Notes: a model not told the origin generated them from the letters alone. Positions 37,995 through 48,449 are shown, numbered from the stretch's first letter. The stretch: 64,000 nt of DNA from Spirochaetia bacterium (GCA_965140585.1 OZ223268.1:32001-96000); one strand, 5' to 3'. A program made the numbers and translations.

Positions 37995-40223
37995 ATGAAA
38001 AGATTAATGCTCCCATTTTATTTTCTTGCAATTTTACTTGTTATCAGCTCTTCCGGATGTAACCCGGATATTGCAGCAGGAACAGGAACATCTGACACCG
38101 GAAGTACAGAGACCACAACCTACTCGGTAACATATTATTCAAACACGGCTGACTCCGGTGCCGCTCCGGTGGACAGCACTGAATACGAAGAAGGCGCCTC
38201 TGTCACCGTTTCCGGAAATACCGGCAGCCTTGTAAAAAGCCACTATACCTTTGCAGGATGGAACACTGCAGCTGACGGATTCGGCACAACATATACTGCT
38301 GGAAGCACTTTCACAATGGGTACCGCCGATGTAAGCCTATATGCCGTATGGACAGAAATACCACAGACCATCAGCTATAATGCTAACGGCGGAAGCGGCA
38401 GCATGGCTGACAGTACTGTTCGTGAATATTCCGATGTAACACTTCCCATAAACACATTTACAAAACCGAATTACAATTTTGCAGGCTGGTCAACGACGGC
38501 AGACGGAGCTGTAGAATATACCGATGGGGCCGTTCTTTCAATTACTGATGCTGATGTTGAACTATATGCTGTATGGGTAGAAATAAAGACTATCAGCTAC
38601 AATGCAAACAGCGGAAACGGCAGCATGAATGACAGCAGTGTTAGTATTAATTCAGATATAACCCTTCCGGTAAATACTTTTACAAAACCGCATTACAGTT
38701 TTGCAGGCTGGTCAACATCGTCAGGCGGAGCTGTAGAATATACCGATGGAGCCGTTTTTTCGATGGGTAATGCTGATATAATTCTCTATGCTGTATGGCA
38801 GCTTGACATTAAAGCAGTCTATGCAGAGGTTGTTAAGGACGGTGGAGCAAACTCATGCCTGTATGGTGTGGCAGCTGATGATAACGGCAATATATATGCT
38901 GCCGGTTACCAGAATGGTAAAAACCAGTTCAACTATAATGGAGCAACAGCTGCTTCCAACATCAGCGCGAACAACTCTGTAATTATTAAATATGATGAAA
39001 ACGGCAACGGAATCTGGGCAAGAGTTGTAAATGACGGAGGCGCCGCATCTACATTCAAACGGGTGGCCGTTGATGCTGAGGGAAATATCTACGCTGCGGG
39101 TTTTCAAACCGGTACAGATACTTATGTTTATGGTCAGAGCTCTGGGGGAGCTGATGTAACAGCAAAAGCCGACAATTCAGGAACAAATGCAGTTATCGTA
39201 AAATACACATCCGCTGGAAATGTGGAATGGGCGAAGACTGTTATAGGCGGTGAAAATAAATCCTACTTCAATGCCGTTGCGGTTGATAAATACGGAAATG
39301 TCTATGCGGCGGGCTATCAGGCTGGAGCGGGTACCTTCGACTACGATAACGGTGTTACCGTTTCTGCATCAAATGATGTAAACAACTACAATCATTGTGT
39401 TCTGGTAAAGTACGACAGTGATGGAAACACCCAGTGGGCAAAATCTGAAACTGGAAAGAACTCAAAAACTGCTTTCAACGGTGTAACAACAGATATTAAC
39501 GGAGACGTGTATGTCGCAGGATACCAGTGGGTGACTTCTGACTACACAACAGTAAGTTACGGCGGAGTTTTGATTGATTCTCATGGAGCAGATAGACTCG
39601 CCAGCATTGCAATCAAGTATTCCAGTTCCGGAGTTCCTCAATGGGGAAAAATCGCATACGGCACAGGTTCTTCAGCTTTCTATTCAATAGTAACAGACGA
39701 TGACTGTAATGTTTACACTTCAGGTTATCAGTACGATGAGTCAGAATTTAATTATGGTGACTGGGTAACTGTAAAATCAACCAGCCGCAGCTGCTATAAC
39801 GGCACAATTGTAAAATACGACAGCACGGGAAAAACTCTCTGGGCAAAAATCCCAAGGGTTGGTTCAAATTCAGATTCAAGTTTCTACGACATAGCAATGA
39901 GCGCAGATAACTATATTTATATTTCAAGTATGCAGGAGTCTACAGATACTTTCACATACAGCACCGGGATAACTGCAAAAGCAAACTATAGCGGAAAAAA
40001 CTCTGTAATTGTTCGTTACAATACAGACGGAAAGGCTGAGTGGGTGCGGACTGTAAACTACGGCTCAGGCAACTCAAATTTTAAAAGTGTCTTCGCTACT
40101 AATGACGGAAGCATTCTCGTTGCAGGGTATCAGGACGATACCGGAACATTTTATTACGGTAGCAACGTTTCTGCTACGTCGAATACAGGAGCAAACAACT
40201 CTGTAATTGTTAAATACTATTAA
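37995..40223 (+). CDS. Lipoprotein with three InlB B-repeats and SBBP-like beta-propeller
   Basis: Lipobox SSGC; 3x FAGW.T.ADG...LYAVW; repeated VAVD..GNIYAAGYQ...IVKYD..G...WAK. Confidence 0.9.
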   Translation: MKRLMLPFYFLAILLVISSSGCNPDIAAGTGTSDTGSTETTTYSVTYYSNTADSGAAPVDSTEYEEGASVTVSGNTGSLVKSHYTFAGWNTAADGFGTTYTAGSTFTMGTADVSLYAVWTEIPQTISYNANGGSGSMADSTVREYSDVTLPINTFTKPNYNFAGWSTTADGAVEYTDGAVLSITDADVELYAVWVEIKTISYNANSGNGSMNDSSVSINSDITLPVNTFTKPHYSFAGWSTSSGGAVEYTDGAVFSMGNADIILYAVWQLDIKAVYAEVVKDGGANSCLYGVAADDNGNIYAAGYQNGKNQFNYNGATAASNISANNSVIIKYDENGNGIWARVVNDGGAASTFKRVAVDAEGNIYAAGFQTGTDTYVYGQSSGGADVTAKADNSGTNAVIVKYTSAGNVEWAKTVIGGENKSYFNAVAVDKYGNVYAAGYQAGAGTFDYDNGVTVSASNDVNNYNHCVLVKYDSDGNTQWAKSETGKNSKTAFNGVTTDINGDVYVAGYQWVTSDYTTVSYGGVLIDSHGADRLASIAIKYSSSGVPQWGKIAYGTGSSAFYSIVTDDDCNVYTSGYQYDESEFNYGDWVTVKSTSRSCYNGTIVKYDSTGKTLWAKIPRVGSNSDSSFYDIAMSADNYIYISSMQESTDTFTYSTGITAKANYSGKNSVIVRYNTDGKAEWVRTVNYGSGNSNFKSVFATNDGSILVAGYQDDTGTFYYGSNVSATSNTGANNSVIVKYY

Positions 40224-40245
40224 TTCTAATATCCGACGAAAAGTT

Positions 40246-40276
40246 AAAAAGGTCGAGCCGGAGGTTCGGCCTTTTT
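40246..40276 (+). terminator. Intrinsic terminator
   Basis: AAAAAGGTCGAGCC-GGA-GGTTCGGCCTTTTT. Confidence 0.8.
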
Positions 40277-40344
40277 AATTACTGAATGCTATATCATAGA
40301 TGTAAAAACCTTGTACGACGGCTTAAACCTTCATTTTTTTCTAT

Positions 40345-40401
40345 AAAAAAAAGTCCAGAAATATATTTCTGGACGACTGTATCTAACAAATCGAGTAGAT
40401 T
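40345..40401 (+). promoter_or_regulatory. Shared motif, copy 4 (identical palindrome)
   Basis: A8-GTCCAGAAATATATTTCTGGAC(40353-40374)GAC-18 nt-TAGATT. Confidence 0.75.
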
Positions 40402-40433
40402 TAGCTGATTTTATATTCAGGAGAATCAAAGAA

Positions 40434-42044
40434 ATGAAAAGATTCATGCACTGATTTTATTTTCTCTCAATTTTGCTCGTTATCAGCCTCTCAGGCTGCG
40501 ACCCGGATATTTTAGCCGGAGTTGAAGACGCAGACGGCACTGGAACAGTTGACACTGACAGCGGGGTATCAGCCGATGCATCAGCTGCTGCAGCAGACAT
40601 CGCTGCCCTTGATGAGTCGGATTTCACCTTCGCATCTGGAGACAGCAGGACAGGCGTTACCGGAGACTTCACAGTCCCAACCAGCGGTAGCAGCGGGACA
40701 ACCATCACCTGGACTGAGAAACAGGATGCGGGAGACAATGTAGCTGTAAGCTCCGGGACGGTAACAGTAACAAGACCGGCAGCCGGCAGCTTAGATGCGG
40801 AAGTAATTCTTACAGCAATGCAATCACATGGACTGAAACTACTGACAGCTCAAATAACATCAGCATTTCCGGAAATACTGTCACAGTAACACGTCCCGCA
40901 AAATTCTATGAGCATGCCTCTGTCACCATCACAGCCGCTCTAACTTTCGGCGGCTCGAGTGATACAAAAGATTTTCAATACTGATATTGGCTGACTACAT
41001 GGCCGGAATAGACTTCAGTACAAATGTATCATCCTTTACGTATGAAATACCTGCAGAAAACTCCGCAGCAAGGATATTCAGACTCGCAGAGGATTCAGAA
41101 ACAAACTCGGTAGCAATCGTTGGAAACTATGCCTATGTGGCTCACGAGTACGGGCCTGCGGGAGATCCTGTCTATGTTTTTGATATCAGCAACCCTGCAG
41201 TTCCTAAGGCGGTATGCTATTTTGATTTAAACGCAAGTTTTTACAACATTACTGCTTCAGAAAACTATCTGTATGCGGTATGGAACAAGCAAATCTATCC
41301 GATTGATGTATCCGATCCTGTTAATCCGGAGGTAATGCGACCGGTTGAAATTGCATCAACTGAACTTACATCGGTTCTTGACTTATATATTGACGGCAGC
41401 ACCCTGTATTACACCGGCTCCTACTCCTACAGCTCGTCAACTAGAGTTGGAGCAATCGATATTTCAAATCCAGCAGTACCGGTAAATATGGATTATATTC
41501 TTTTCAGTGGCCGTCCATTCAAGATGACCTGCAGCAACGGCTATGTCTACATTGCAAATGGGTATACTGCTGATGCATCCCTTGCTATAGTGGATGCAAC
41601 TGACCCAAAGGATCTAAAACAGATATATCTTGGTGTTCTTGATGATAACCTTTCCTATACCACCGGTATCAGTATCGATGATGATTACCTCTACGTTTCT
41701 GATGACGGGTATCAAATAGAGGTTGTAAATATCACAGCCCCGGCAGCACCTGTCTATGTTAAAACAGTAGAGCCAAGCGGGACTCGCAGCCTCGGAATTC
41801 TTTTGGTATCCGGTAACTCATTATACGGAGTAAACCGGGGGATAGTTCAATACTCAGGTTGGATATTTCAAGCACACCGGATATTGCTGAAAAAACAAAA
41901 GTAGTATACGGCGGAGATTTAACAGGAAGTAATGTAACAGGTACTGACTTTGAAGTAAATGGCGGCTATCTGTATGTTACAGGAGTCTATAACCCCACAT
42001 CAAACGATATTTGGAATGGTTTCGCGGTAATGCCGGATAATTAA
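40434..42044 (+). pseudogene. Disrupted lipoprotein: atrophied bacterial Ig-like domains + LVIVD repeats
   Basis: TGA at codon 7 (40452), where the 37995 paralog has CCA; frameshifts near 40820, 40975 and 41840; TITW...TVTVTRP twice; YAYVA...FDISNP repeats. Confidence 0.85.
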
Positions 42045-42063
42045 AAACAAAAAACTGCAATAT

Positions 42064-42097
42064 AAAAAGCCCGTCTGAAAAGTAGACGGGCTTTTTT
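42064..42097. terminator. Bidirectional intrinsic terminator
   Basis: AAAAAGCCCGTCT-7 nt-AGACGGGCTTTTTT. Confidence 0.85.
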
Positions 42098-42127
42098 ATC
42101 GCATAAGCTGTATTTGACTCTGAAAAA

Positions 42128-43339
42128 TCAGGTTCCGGTAAGGGTCCGGTTGAATGAGCTGACAAGCGCAAGCAGAATCATCAATCCGCCTGTAATTAAA
42201 AGCAGAAGCTCTATTGATACAGCCTCTGCAAGGGGACCGAAGAGCAGCATTGCAAGGGGCATCATCGATGTAAAGAGCATGGTTGAAACACTCATAACCC
42301 TGCCAAGGAATTCATCTTCCACAGTCTCCTGCAGCAGCACCATGCTCGGAGTATTGTAAAAACCGAAGCCTATTCCGAATATCCCCATTATTCCAAGATA
42401 AACCCAGAACGGCGGAGCGAAACCGAGAGCTACGGTGCACAAGGCCATGATATACACTGAAAGAAGCATTGTCCGGAACCTATGCCTGAAACCTCCCCAT
42501 ACAGCGAGAATACCGCCGCCGGCAAGCATCCCGGCCGAAAAGAAAACTTCTATTCCGGTAAGGCGCCAGACATCGGGTCCATAGGTTCTTGAAGCCTGAA
42601 GCGGTGTTAGAAAGGCTGCCGGTGATATCAGAAAGAGAACAAGTGCAATAAAAACAAAAAACGGAACAAGATAATGATGATTTCCGATATACCTGAAGCC
42701 GGCTGCCATGTCCCTGAAGTATGAGACTTCTCCTGGTGCCTCGTCACTTCGTGTATTATTAAGTTTTAGAAAGAAGGCAAGCAGGCAGACAGCAACTGCA
42801 GCTGTTACAACATCTATGAGAAATATAAAAAACAGCGGGGTAAAGGCCATCAGTATCCCGCTTATAACAGGCGAACCAAGGCCCACAGCAGACTGCATCG
42901 AAGCAAATATACCGTTGACCCGCATCAGCTTTTCCTTCGGTACAAATTGCGGAAGAAGCGCCCCGACAGCCGGGCCCTGAACTGCAGAGCCCACAGCACG
43001 GAGAGCGGCTGCGGCTATCAGAACCCAGACATTCTCACCGATGAAGATAAAAATCAGTGCTGCAATAAGAGTAACCAGTGCTATTCCGCTGTCACTGATA
43101 ATAATCAGTTTTTTCCGGTCATAACGATCCGCCCATACTCCGGCGAAGGGAGAAAGCAGAAATGTCGGAAGAAACCCGGCAACGATATATACTGTCATCA
43201 TCGTGCCCGATCCGGTTTTCAGGGTTACATACCAGATCATCGCATACTGAACAAGTGATGTTCCAAGAAGCGAAATTATCTGACTCGTAAGAAAGAGGGC
43301 TGCTCTGCCCTTCCATCCTGTCTGCTCATCTTTTTTCAT
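42128..43339 (-). CDS. MFS transporter, DHA3/MefA-like family
   Basis: SQIISLLGTSLVQYAMIWY, GVWADRYDRKKLII, FLGRVMS; 12 TM. Confidence 0.9.
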   Translation of the reverse strand: MKKDEQTGWKGRAALFLTSQIISLLGTSLVQYAMIWYVTLKTGSGTMMTVYIVAGFLPTFLLSPFAGVWADRYDRKKLIIISDSGIALVTLIAALIFIFIGENVWVLIAAAALRAVGSAVQGPAVGALLPQFVPKEKLMRVNGIFASMQSAVGLGSPVISGILMAFTPLFFIFLIDVVTAAVAVCLLAFFLKLNNTRSDEAPGEVSYFRDMAAGFRYIGNHHYLVPFFVFIALVLFLISPAAFLTPLQASRTYGPDVWRLTGIEVFFSAGMLAGGGILAVWGGFRHRFRTMLLSVYIMALCTVALGFAPPFWVYLGIMGIFGIGFGFYNTPSMVLLQETVEDEFLGRVMSVSTMLFTSMMPLAMLLFGPLAEAVSIELLLLITGGLMILLALVSSFNRTLTGT

Positions 43340-43383
43340 AGAAGCTGATTATAGCCTCACTTCATGCATCAGACAAGATCTCC

Positions 43384-45009
43384 TTAGTGCGGGCTGTGCT
43401 CAGTTTTTTCGAGGTAGTAATCGTACCCGCCCTCAAAGATCCGCATTGCTCCGTTATCTATTTCAAACACACGGTTTACCAGATGCTTAAGAAAGTAACG
43501 GTCGTGACTGACAATCATAACCGTACCTTCAAAATCCTGGAGTGCCTCAAGCAACACCTCACGGCTGGCGATATCAAGGTGATTAGTTGGTTCGTCAAAA
43601 ACCAGGAAGTTAACCGGCTGGGCAAGAATAGTAGCAAGAACAACCCTGCTTTTTTCCCCCCCGGACAGTACTGAAATTTTCTTGTCAGCATCATCTCCGG
43701 AAAACTGGAAGGACCCAAGCAGATTCTTGATATAGCCGATGCTTGCAAGCGGGAGCCTGGAGCTTACCTCTTCAAAGATAGTGTTTTCGGGGTTCAGCAG
43801 GTCCGATGAATATTGACTGAAGTAGCCGAGGTTTACGCTTGCCCCCAGTGTGCTGCTGCCCTCAGTTGCTTCAGTCATTTCGCAGATAACCTTCAGAAAG
43901 CTGGATTTTCCGGCTCCGTTAACACCGGTCACGGCAATCTTGTTAAGCCGCTCAACTGTTCCGGTAATACCGCTGAATACAGGAGTTTCACTGCCGTCCT
44001 CGTTGGTCCACTTCTTTCCAAGCCCGGTCATCTCAACGACCTTGTCGCCGCTGCGTTTGACTGAATCAAAACTGAACTTCATAACCTTAGGTTCAGGCGG
44101 AACAACAATACGTTCAATCTTTTCTATAGTTTTTATCCTGGACTGAACCTGAGCTGCGTGCGATGCCCGGGCGGCAAACTTGGCAATAAACTCTTCTTCC
44201 TTGGCAAGCATTGCCTGCTGCCGCTTCTGGGCTGCAACAAGCTGTTCCCGCCTGATAACCCGTTCACGCAGGTAGAAATCGTAATCCCCGGAATAGGTGG
44301 TTATAGTACCCGGTGAGACCTCAACAGTCTTTGAGCAGAGGCGTGTCATAAACTCACGGTCGTGGCTGGTCATCACCAGGATTCCCTTGAATGAGTTAAG
44401 CCAGGATTCAAGCCAGACTATAGATTCAACATCGAGGTGGTTGGTAGGTTCGTCCATCAGAAGGACATCAGGATTGAGCAGAAGGATTCTGGCAAGGGCT
44501 ATACGCATTTTCCATCCGCCGCTGAAGCTTTCAACCGGCTGGTCACGCCTTCCATCGTCTATCCCCAGACCGTCAAGAACGGTTTCAGCCCTGTTTTCAA
44601 GCTCGTAGCCGACCAGATCCATAAACTCCATCTGAATCTCACCGTAGCGTTCCATCTCTGAGTCGCTGAGTCCTCCGCTTTCAGGATCACTCATCCGGTG
44701 CTCGAGATCTGCAAGCTGTAGGCTCAGCTCATACACCCTGCCGGCACCTGCAAGGGCTTCCTCCAGGGCAGTCCGTCCGCTCATCTCTCCGACGTCCTGG
44801 GAGAAATAACCGATGACCTTACCGGGTTCAATATTCACTGTTCCTTCATCAGGAGTTTCCTCACCCGATATCAGCCTGAATATCGTAGTCTTTCCCGAAC
44901 CGTTGGGACCGACCAGACCGATTTTTTCACCGGGGTTTATCTGAACATCAGCCCCGGAGAACAGGGTTCTGCCTCCGTAACTCATGCGTATCTTTGAGAG
45001 GTTTATCAT
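43384..45009 (-). CDS. ABC-F family ATPase
   Basis: Two NBDs (GPNGSGKT/FSGGWKMR/DEPTNHLD; GVNGAGKS/LSGGEKSR), no TM. Confidence 0.95.
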   Translation of the reverse strand: MINLSKIRMSYGGRTLFSGADVQINPGEKIGLVGPNGSGKTTIFRLISGEETPDEGTVNIEPGKVIGYFSQDVGEMSGRTALEEALAGAGRVYELSLQLADLEHRMSDPESGGLSDSEMERYGEIQMEFMDLVGYELENRAETVLDGLGIDDGRRDQPVESFSGGWKMRIALARILLLNPDVLLMDEPTNHLDVESIVWLESWLNSFKGILVMTSHDREFMTRLCSKTVEVSPGTITTYSGDYDFYLRERVIRREQLVAAQKRQQAMLAKEEEFIAKFAARASHAAQVQSRIKTIEKIERIVVPPEPKVMKFSFDSVKRSGDKVVEMTGLGKKWTNEDGSETPVFSGITGTVERLNKIAVTGVNGAGKSSFLKVICEMTEATEGSSTLGASVNLGYFSQYSSDLLNPENTIFEEVSSRLPLASIGYIKNLLGSFQFSGDDADKKISVLSGGEKSRVVLATILAQPVNFLVFDEPTNHLDIASREVLLEALQDFEGTVMIVSHDRYFLKHLVNRVFEIDNGAMRIFEGGYDYYLEKTEHSPH

Positions 45010-45209
45010 TAAAAGTCCTTGCTTATGTTTTTCTGTGATTCTGTACTGAGAGGAAAGTTTAACTAAAAATAAGCCGGATTGTCAAAGGGCAGAAGTTTCA
45101 ATTCTGATAAGTTTAACAGAGGGAAGCATACCGGAAACAGAAATAATCATCTTCATCACCGGTTCCGTCAGCTGAGGTATTCCAGCCGTCAAATATGTAT
45201 CCTGTTTTT

Positions 45210-46802
45210 TCAAAATCCTGTGATTTCAACAGGTGATGTTCGGTTAGTCTGAGTGCCATCGCCCAGTTGGCCCGAACCATTGTATCCCCAAGTCCATAAC
45301 CCGGAATCTTCATCCAGGGCGATGGAATGATACCAGCCGGTTCCTATTGCTTCTATTGCACTTATACCATCAATTTTCCGGGGATAATGGCAAGAATCAT
45401 TTGTTCCATCTCCAAGCTGGCCGTAGTTATTGTAACCCCAGCTCCATAGCTCTCCGGCTTCGGTCAATGCAAGGCAATGCTCCAGGCCTGCGGAAATGGA
45501 AACAATGTTTTCAATATTCAGTACACTGACAGGAGTAGCACTATCATCAGTTGAATTATTACCCAACTGCCCATAGTAATTATAACCCCAGGCTTTAACT
45601 GTACCGTCGCCTTGAATTGCATAAACGGAAACCCAATCCCGGCTATTCATATATTGGCCACCGCTTGCAATGCCGATAACATCGGAGAGCCCGACAACCC
45701 GGGCTGCAGTGTTCCGGCTTGCTGTAGCAGTCGAAACACCCAGCTCTCCATCAGCATTCGCCCCCCAGGTCCATACAGTACCATCATCCTTAACTGCTGC
45801 GGAAAGATGTCCCGCACAGCTTATCTCTATGATTCCGGTAAGCGGTGTTTCTCCATCTGCGAGTAAAACTTCAACCGGGGTTGTTTCATCTGAGTAAGTT
45901 CCGTTTCCAAGCTGACCATCATCATTATCTCCCCAGGCAAGGACTGTCCCGTCAGACTTCAAAGCCATTGAATAATCATATGACATGCAAATAGAAATTA
46001 TTCCGCTTAGATCATCAATTTCTGTTGGATAGTTTTTATCATCTGTAGAATAATCCAGGCCAATCTGTTCATAGCCCATTCTGCCCCAGGTCCAGACTGT
46101 TCCATTGCTTTTAAGAGCAAGGGAGCCCCCGTTACACGCAGAAACTTCAGCAATATCTGAAAAACCGGAAATCAAAATCGGTATAAGGCTCTCGGTGGTT
46201 GAACCGTCACCAAGCATTCCATACATATTGTTACCCCACGATTTTAAGTAATCGGCATCTGTAACTGCAAGCGTATGGCTATAGCCTCCGGCTAATTCTA
46301 TGTATCTGGTTGTTTCGATGTAACGATTAAAACTTCTAATATCGCTTGTATATGCTCCATTTGTGTCTGTAACTGTTGCGGCCCAATAATAGGTAGTAAA
46401 GACAGAAAGAGCTTGCCCGCTTACTGAGAGGAAAAATGAAGGACTATCCAGCCCGTCTTTCGCGACTAACGGATCGGAAAGATTTTCATTTTCAGAAATA
46501 ATGAATCCATATGTCACATTAAGATCTGTTGATTTTGGCTTTATAGAAAAAGTCAGAATATCATCAACCACTATTGTCTTATCCTCCGGCTCAAGAAGGA
46601 TAATTTCATCAGCATCAAGATAGTCCCCTATTCCGTCGCCGTCTGTATCTGTTGATTCCTCCCCGCAGTAAAGAGAGCTCTGCGGGTCTACAGAATTTTC
46701 AAAAACAAATGAATCCAGGTTTGCAGGACTTATCACATCACAGGCTGTGAAAAATACCGGAACAGCGGCAAGCAGCAGTATTTTCATGAGATAGTTTTTC
46801 AT
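45210..46802 (-). CDS. RCC1-repeat lipoprotein
   Basis: Lipobox FTAC; DTDGDGIGD motif; repeated WG.N..GQLG.G. Confidence 0.9.
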   Translation of the reverse strand: MKNYLMKILLLAAVPVFFTACDVISPANLDSFVFENSVDPQSSLYCGEESTDTDGDGIGDYLDADEIILLEPEDKTIVVDDILTFSIKPKSTDLNVTYGFIISENENLSDPLVAKDGLDSPSFFLSVSGQALSVFTTYYWAATVTDTNGAYTSDIRSFNRYIETTRYIELAGGYSHTLAVTDADYLKSWGNNMYGMLGDGSTTESLIPILISGFSDIAEVSACNGGSLALKSNGTVWTWGRMGYEQIGLDYSTDDKNYPTEIDDLSGIISICMSYDYSMALKSDGTVLAWGDNDDGQLGNGTYSDETTPVEVLLADGETPLTGIIEISCAGHLSAAVKDDGTVWTWGANADGELGVSTATASRNTAARVVGLSDVIGIASGGQYMNSRDWVSVYAIQGDGTVKAWGYNYYGQLGNNSTDDSATPVSVLNIENIVSISAGLEHCLALTEAGELWSWGYNNYGQLGDGTNDSCHYPRKIDGISAIEAIGTGWYHSIALDEDSGLWTWGYNGSGQLGDGTQTNRTSPVEITGF

Positions 46803-48364
46803 TATTTTGCTCCTTCACTTAATGCAGCAATCTGCTCGTCTATCTTATTGATGGAAGGTCTGACAAAAAGAAAAGTCAGTCCGCTTGCAGCTCCGGTACC
46901 GGAACATATCAGGGCAATATTCCGGTATAACCGGTAGCTTTCCACTGTTGAAATATTTGCACTTACAGCGCTATGCAGGGACTCTGCCTCAGAGGAAATT
47001 GTTGCAGAGGTATAGGCAGAGTAATTGCTGTCGAGATCAGTTTTTTCAGATGCAATAAGAGCCTCAAAGATACCTGAGACAATTCCGGATGCCGCCGCAA
47101 TACTAAAAGAGGAAATCATGCTTATATTCAGACGCCTGCGCTTTTCTAAAGCGGCAGCTCTTTTCGCTTCCAGCTCTTCAACTTTTTCTCCGGTTAGAAA
47201 TTGTTCTGTGTGAATCAGAAGCGGTGAGATTTCATGCACCGTTCCGGGTTGAAGCGAAAGACTTTCCCTGTATGGCTGATAATCTTCATGAGTGAATTCA
47301 AGTATGTAAGTTCCGGGAGGAACTGTTATTAAATCTTCAATGAACTGATATTCTACGGCATCATCAGATATAAGTCTGGATGATGATTGCTCCGGCGTTG
47401 TAATTATTACATCGGCACCTTTAATTAGACTGAGACTTACGGCTGAAGTACGCCCGGTGTTTATTTCGGCATTTCCTTCGTAATACCAGCAGTTACCCTG
47501 AACTTTCAAACTATACGAACCTACAGGAAGATCTCTATTAAGGCCGGTTTTCAGCGGTATTGTACCTAGAGAGATAGTATAACCTTCCGCCTCTGTATTG
47601 TTTATCTTCACCATCAGATTCCCTCTCAGGAGGGAATTATCAGCAATGACTTCGGCAACATCGGTTGTATTTACATTTATCTGATTTTCAAAAACGTATT
47701 CATCTGATTCGGCTTTTATAACATGAACGCCGAAGTCCACATCATTTATCACTATAGGGGTTTGTCCAATTCTATTTCCGTCAAGATACACATATAGCTC
47801 CATACCTTCAGGAGCAGTTATATATAAAGAACCTTTTTCTTTAACTGATAGATCTGTACCTGCAATGTATTTCAAACCGCATAGATTATAGGCTGCTGTA
47901 AAAGACTGTCTTTGAAGGTTCTCGAGTTTATCAATATCAATAACCTCTGCTTTTTCAATATTTCCTTTTTCAACATCAACAAGCCTGATCGTAAGCACCA
48001 TTGCTTCGCCGATACCGTCGAGAGAGCCCACAACAATCTTCTCTGCAGACAAGAGTTCACCAATCTCTATCGCACAGGAATCATCAGTACAGCCTGACAG
48101 ACTGAATGCCTGAGCCTCAAGTATTTCTTCAACATCGGTATAGCTCATAACCGAATAAGCACCGGTCTTAATCAGTGCGGCTTCCAGAATATTTCTGCAG
48201 GTAGAAGCAATTGATTCAGATACACCTTTGGCCTCAATCGCCGGTACAGCAAGGACCTTTCTATCTTCTGAAAATAAAGCTGATGGAAGGCAGATACTCA
48301 ACAGAAGTAGAACCAGTATAATCTTTACTGATTTTATATTCCTTACAGGTTTAACTTTTTTCAT
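46802..48364 (-). CDS. Secreted protein with CsgG/DUF2380-like N-domain and PEGA domains
   Basis: ILEAQAFSLSGCTDDSCAIEIGELL; VYLDGNRIGQTP; PGTYILEF; hydrophobic C-terminal helices. Confidence 0.82.
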   Translation of the reverse strand: MKKVKPVRNIKSVKIILVLLLLSICLPSALFSEDRKVLAVPAIEAKGVSESIASTCRNILEAALIKTGAYSVMSYTDVEEILEAQAFSLSGCTDDSCAIEIGELLSAEKIVVGSLDGIGEAMVLTIRLVDVEKGNIEKAEVIDIDKLENLQRQSFTAAYNLCGLKYIAGTDLSVKEKGSLYITAPEGMELYVYLDGNRIGQTPIVINDVDFGVHVIKAESDEYVFENQINVNTTDVAEVIADNSLLRGNLMVKINNTEAEGYTISLGTIPLKTGLNRDLPVGSYSLKVQGNCWYYEGNAEINTGRTSAVSLSLIKGADVIITTPEQSSSRLISDDAVEYQFIEDLITVPPGTYILEFTHEDYQPYRESLSLQPGTVHEISPLLIHTEQFLTGEKVEELEAKRAAALEKRRRLNISMISSFSIAAASGIVSGIFEALIASEKTDLDSNYSAYTSATISSEAESLHSAVSANISTVESYRLYRNIALICSGTGAASGLTFLFVRPSINKIDEQIAALSEGAK

Positions 48365-48405
48365 ATATTTCCCTCTTGTACGTATAGAATGAGGCTACTA
48401 TCAGT

Positions 48406-48449
48406 ATGTAAATGCTGAATTAACAGAATGTTAACAGCATGTGAACAAA
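48406..48449. promoter_or_regulatory. 11-bp-phased direct repeats (core TTAACA)
   Basis: ATGTAAATGCT/GAATTAACAGA/ATGTTAACAGC/ATGTGAACAAA. Confidence 0.65.

Noticed and set aside
37913-40374. Palindromes as IS ends, CRISPR repeats or integron attC sites
   Set aside because: Only two copies, at fixed distance from start codons; no transposase, cas or integrase; a promoter role fits better.
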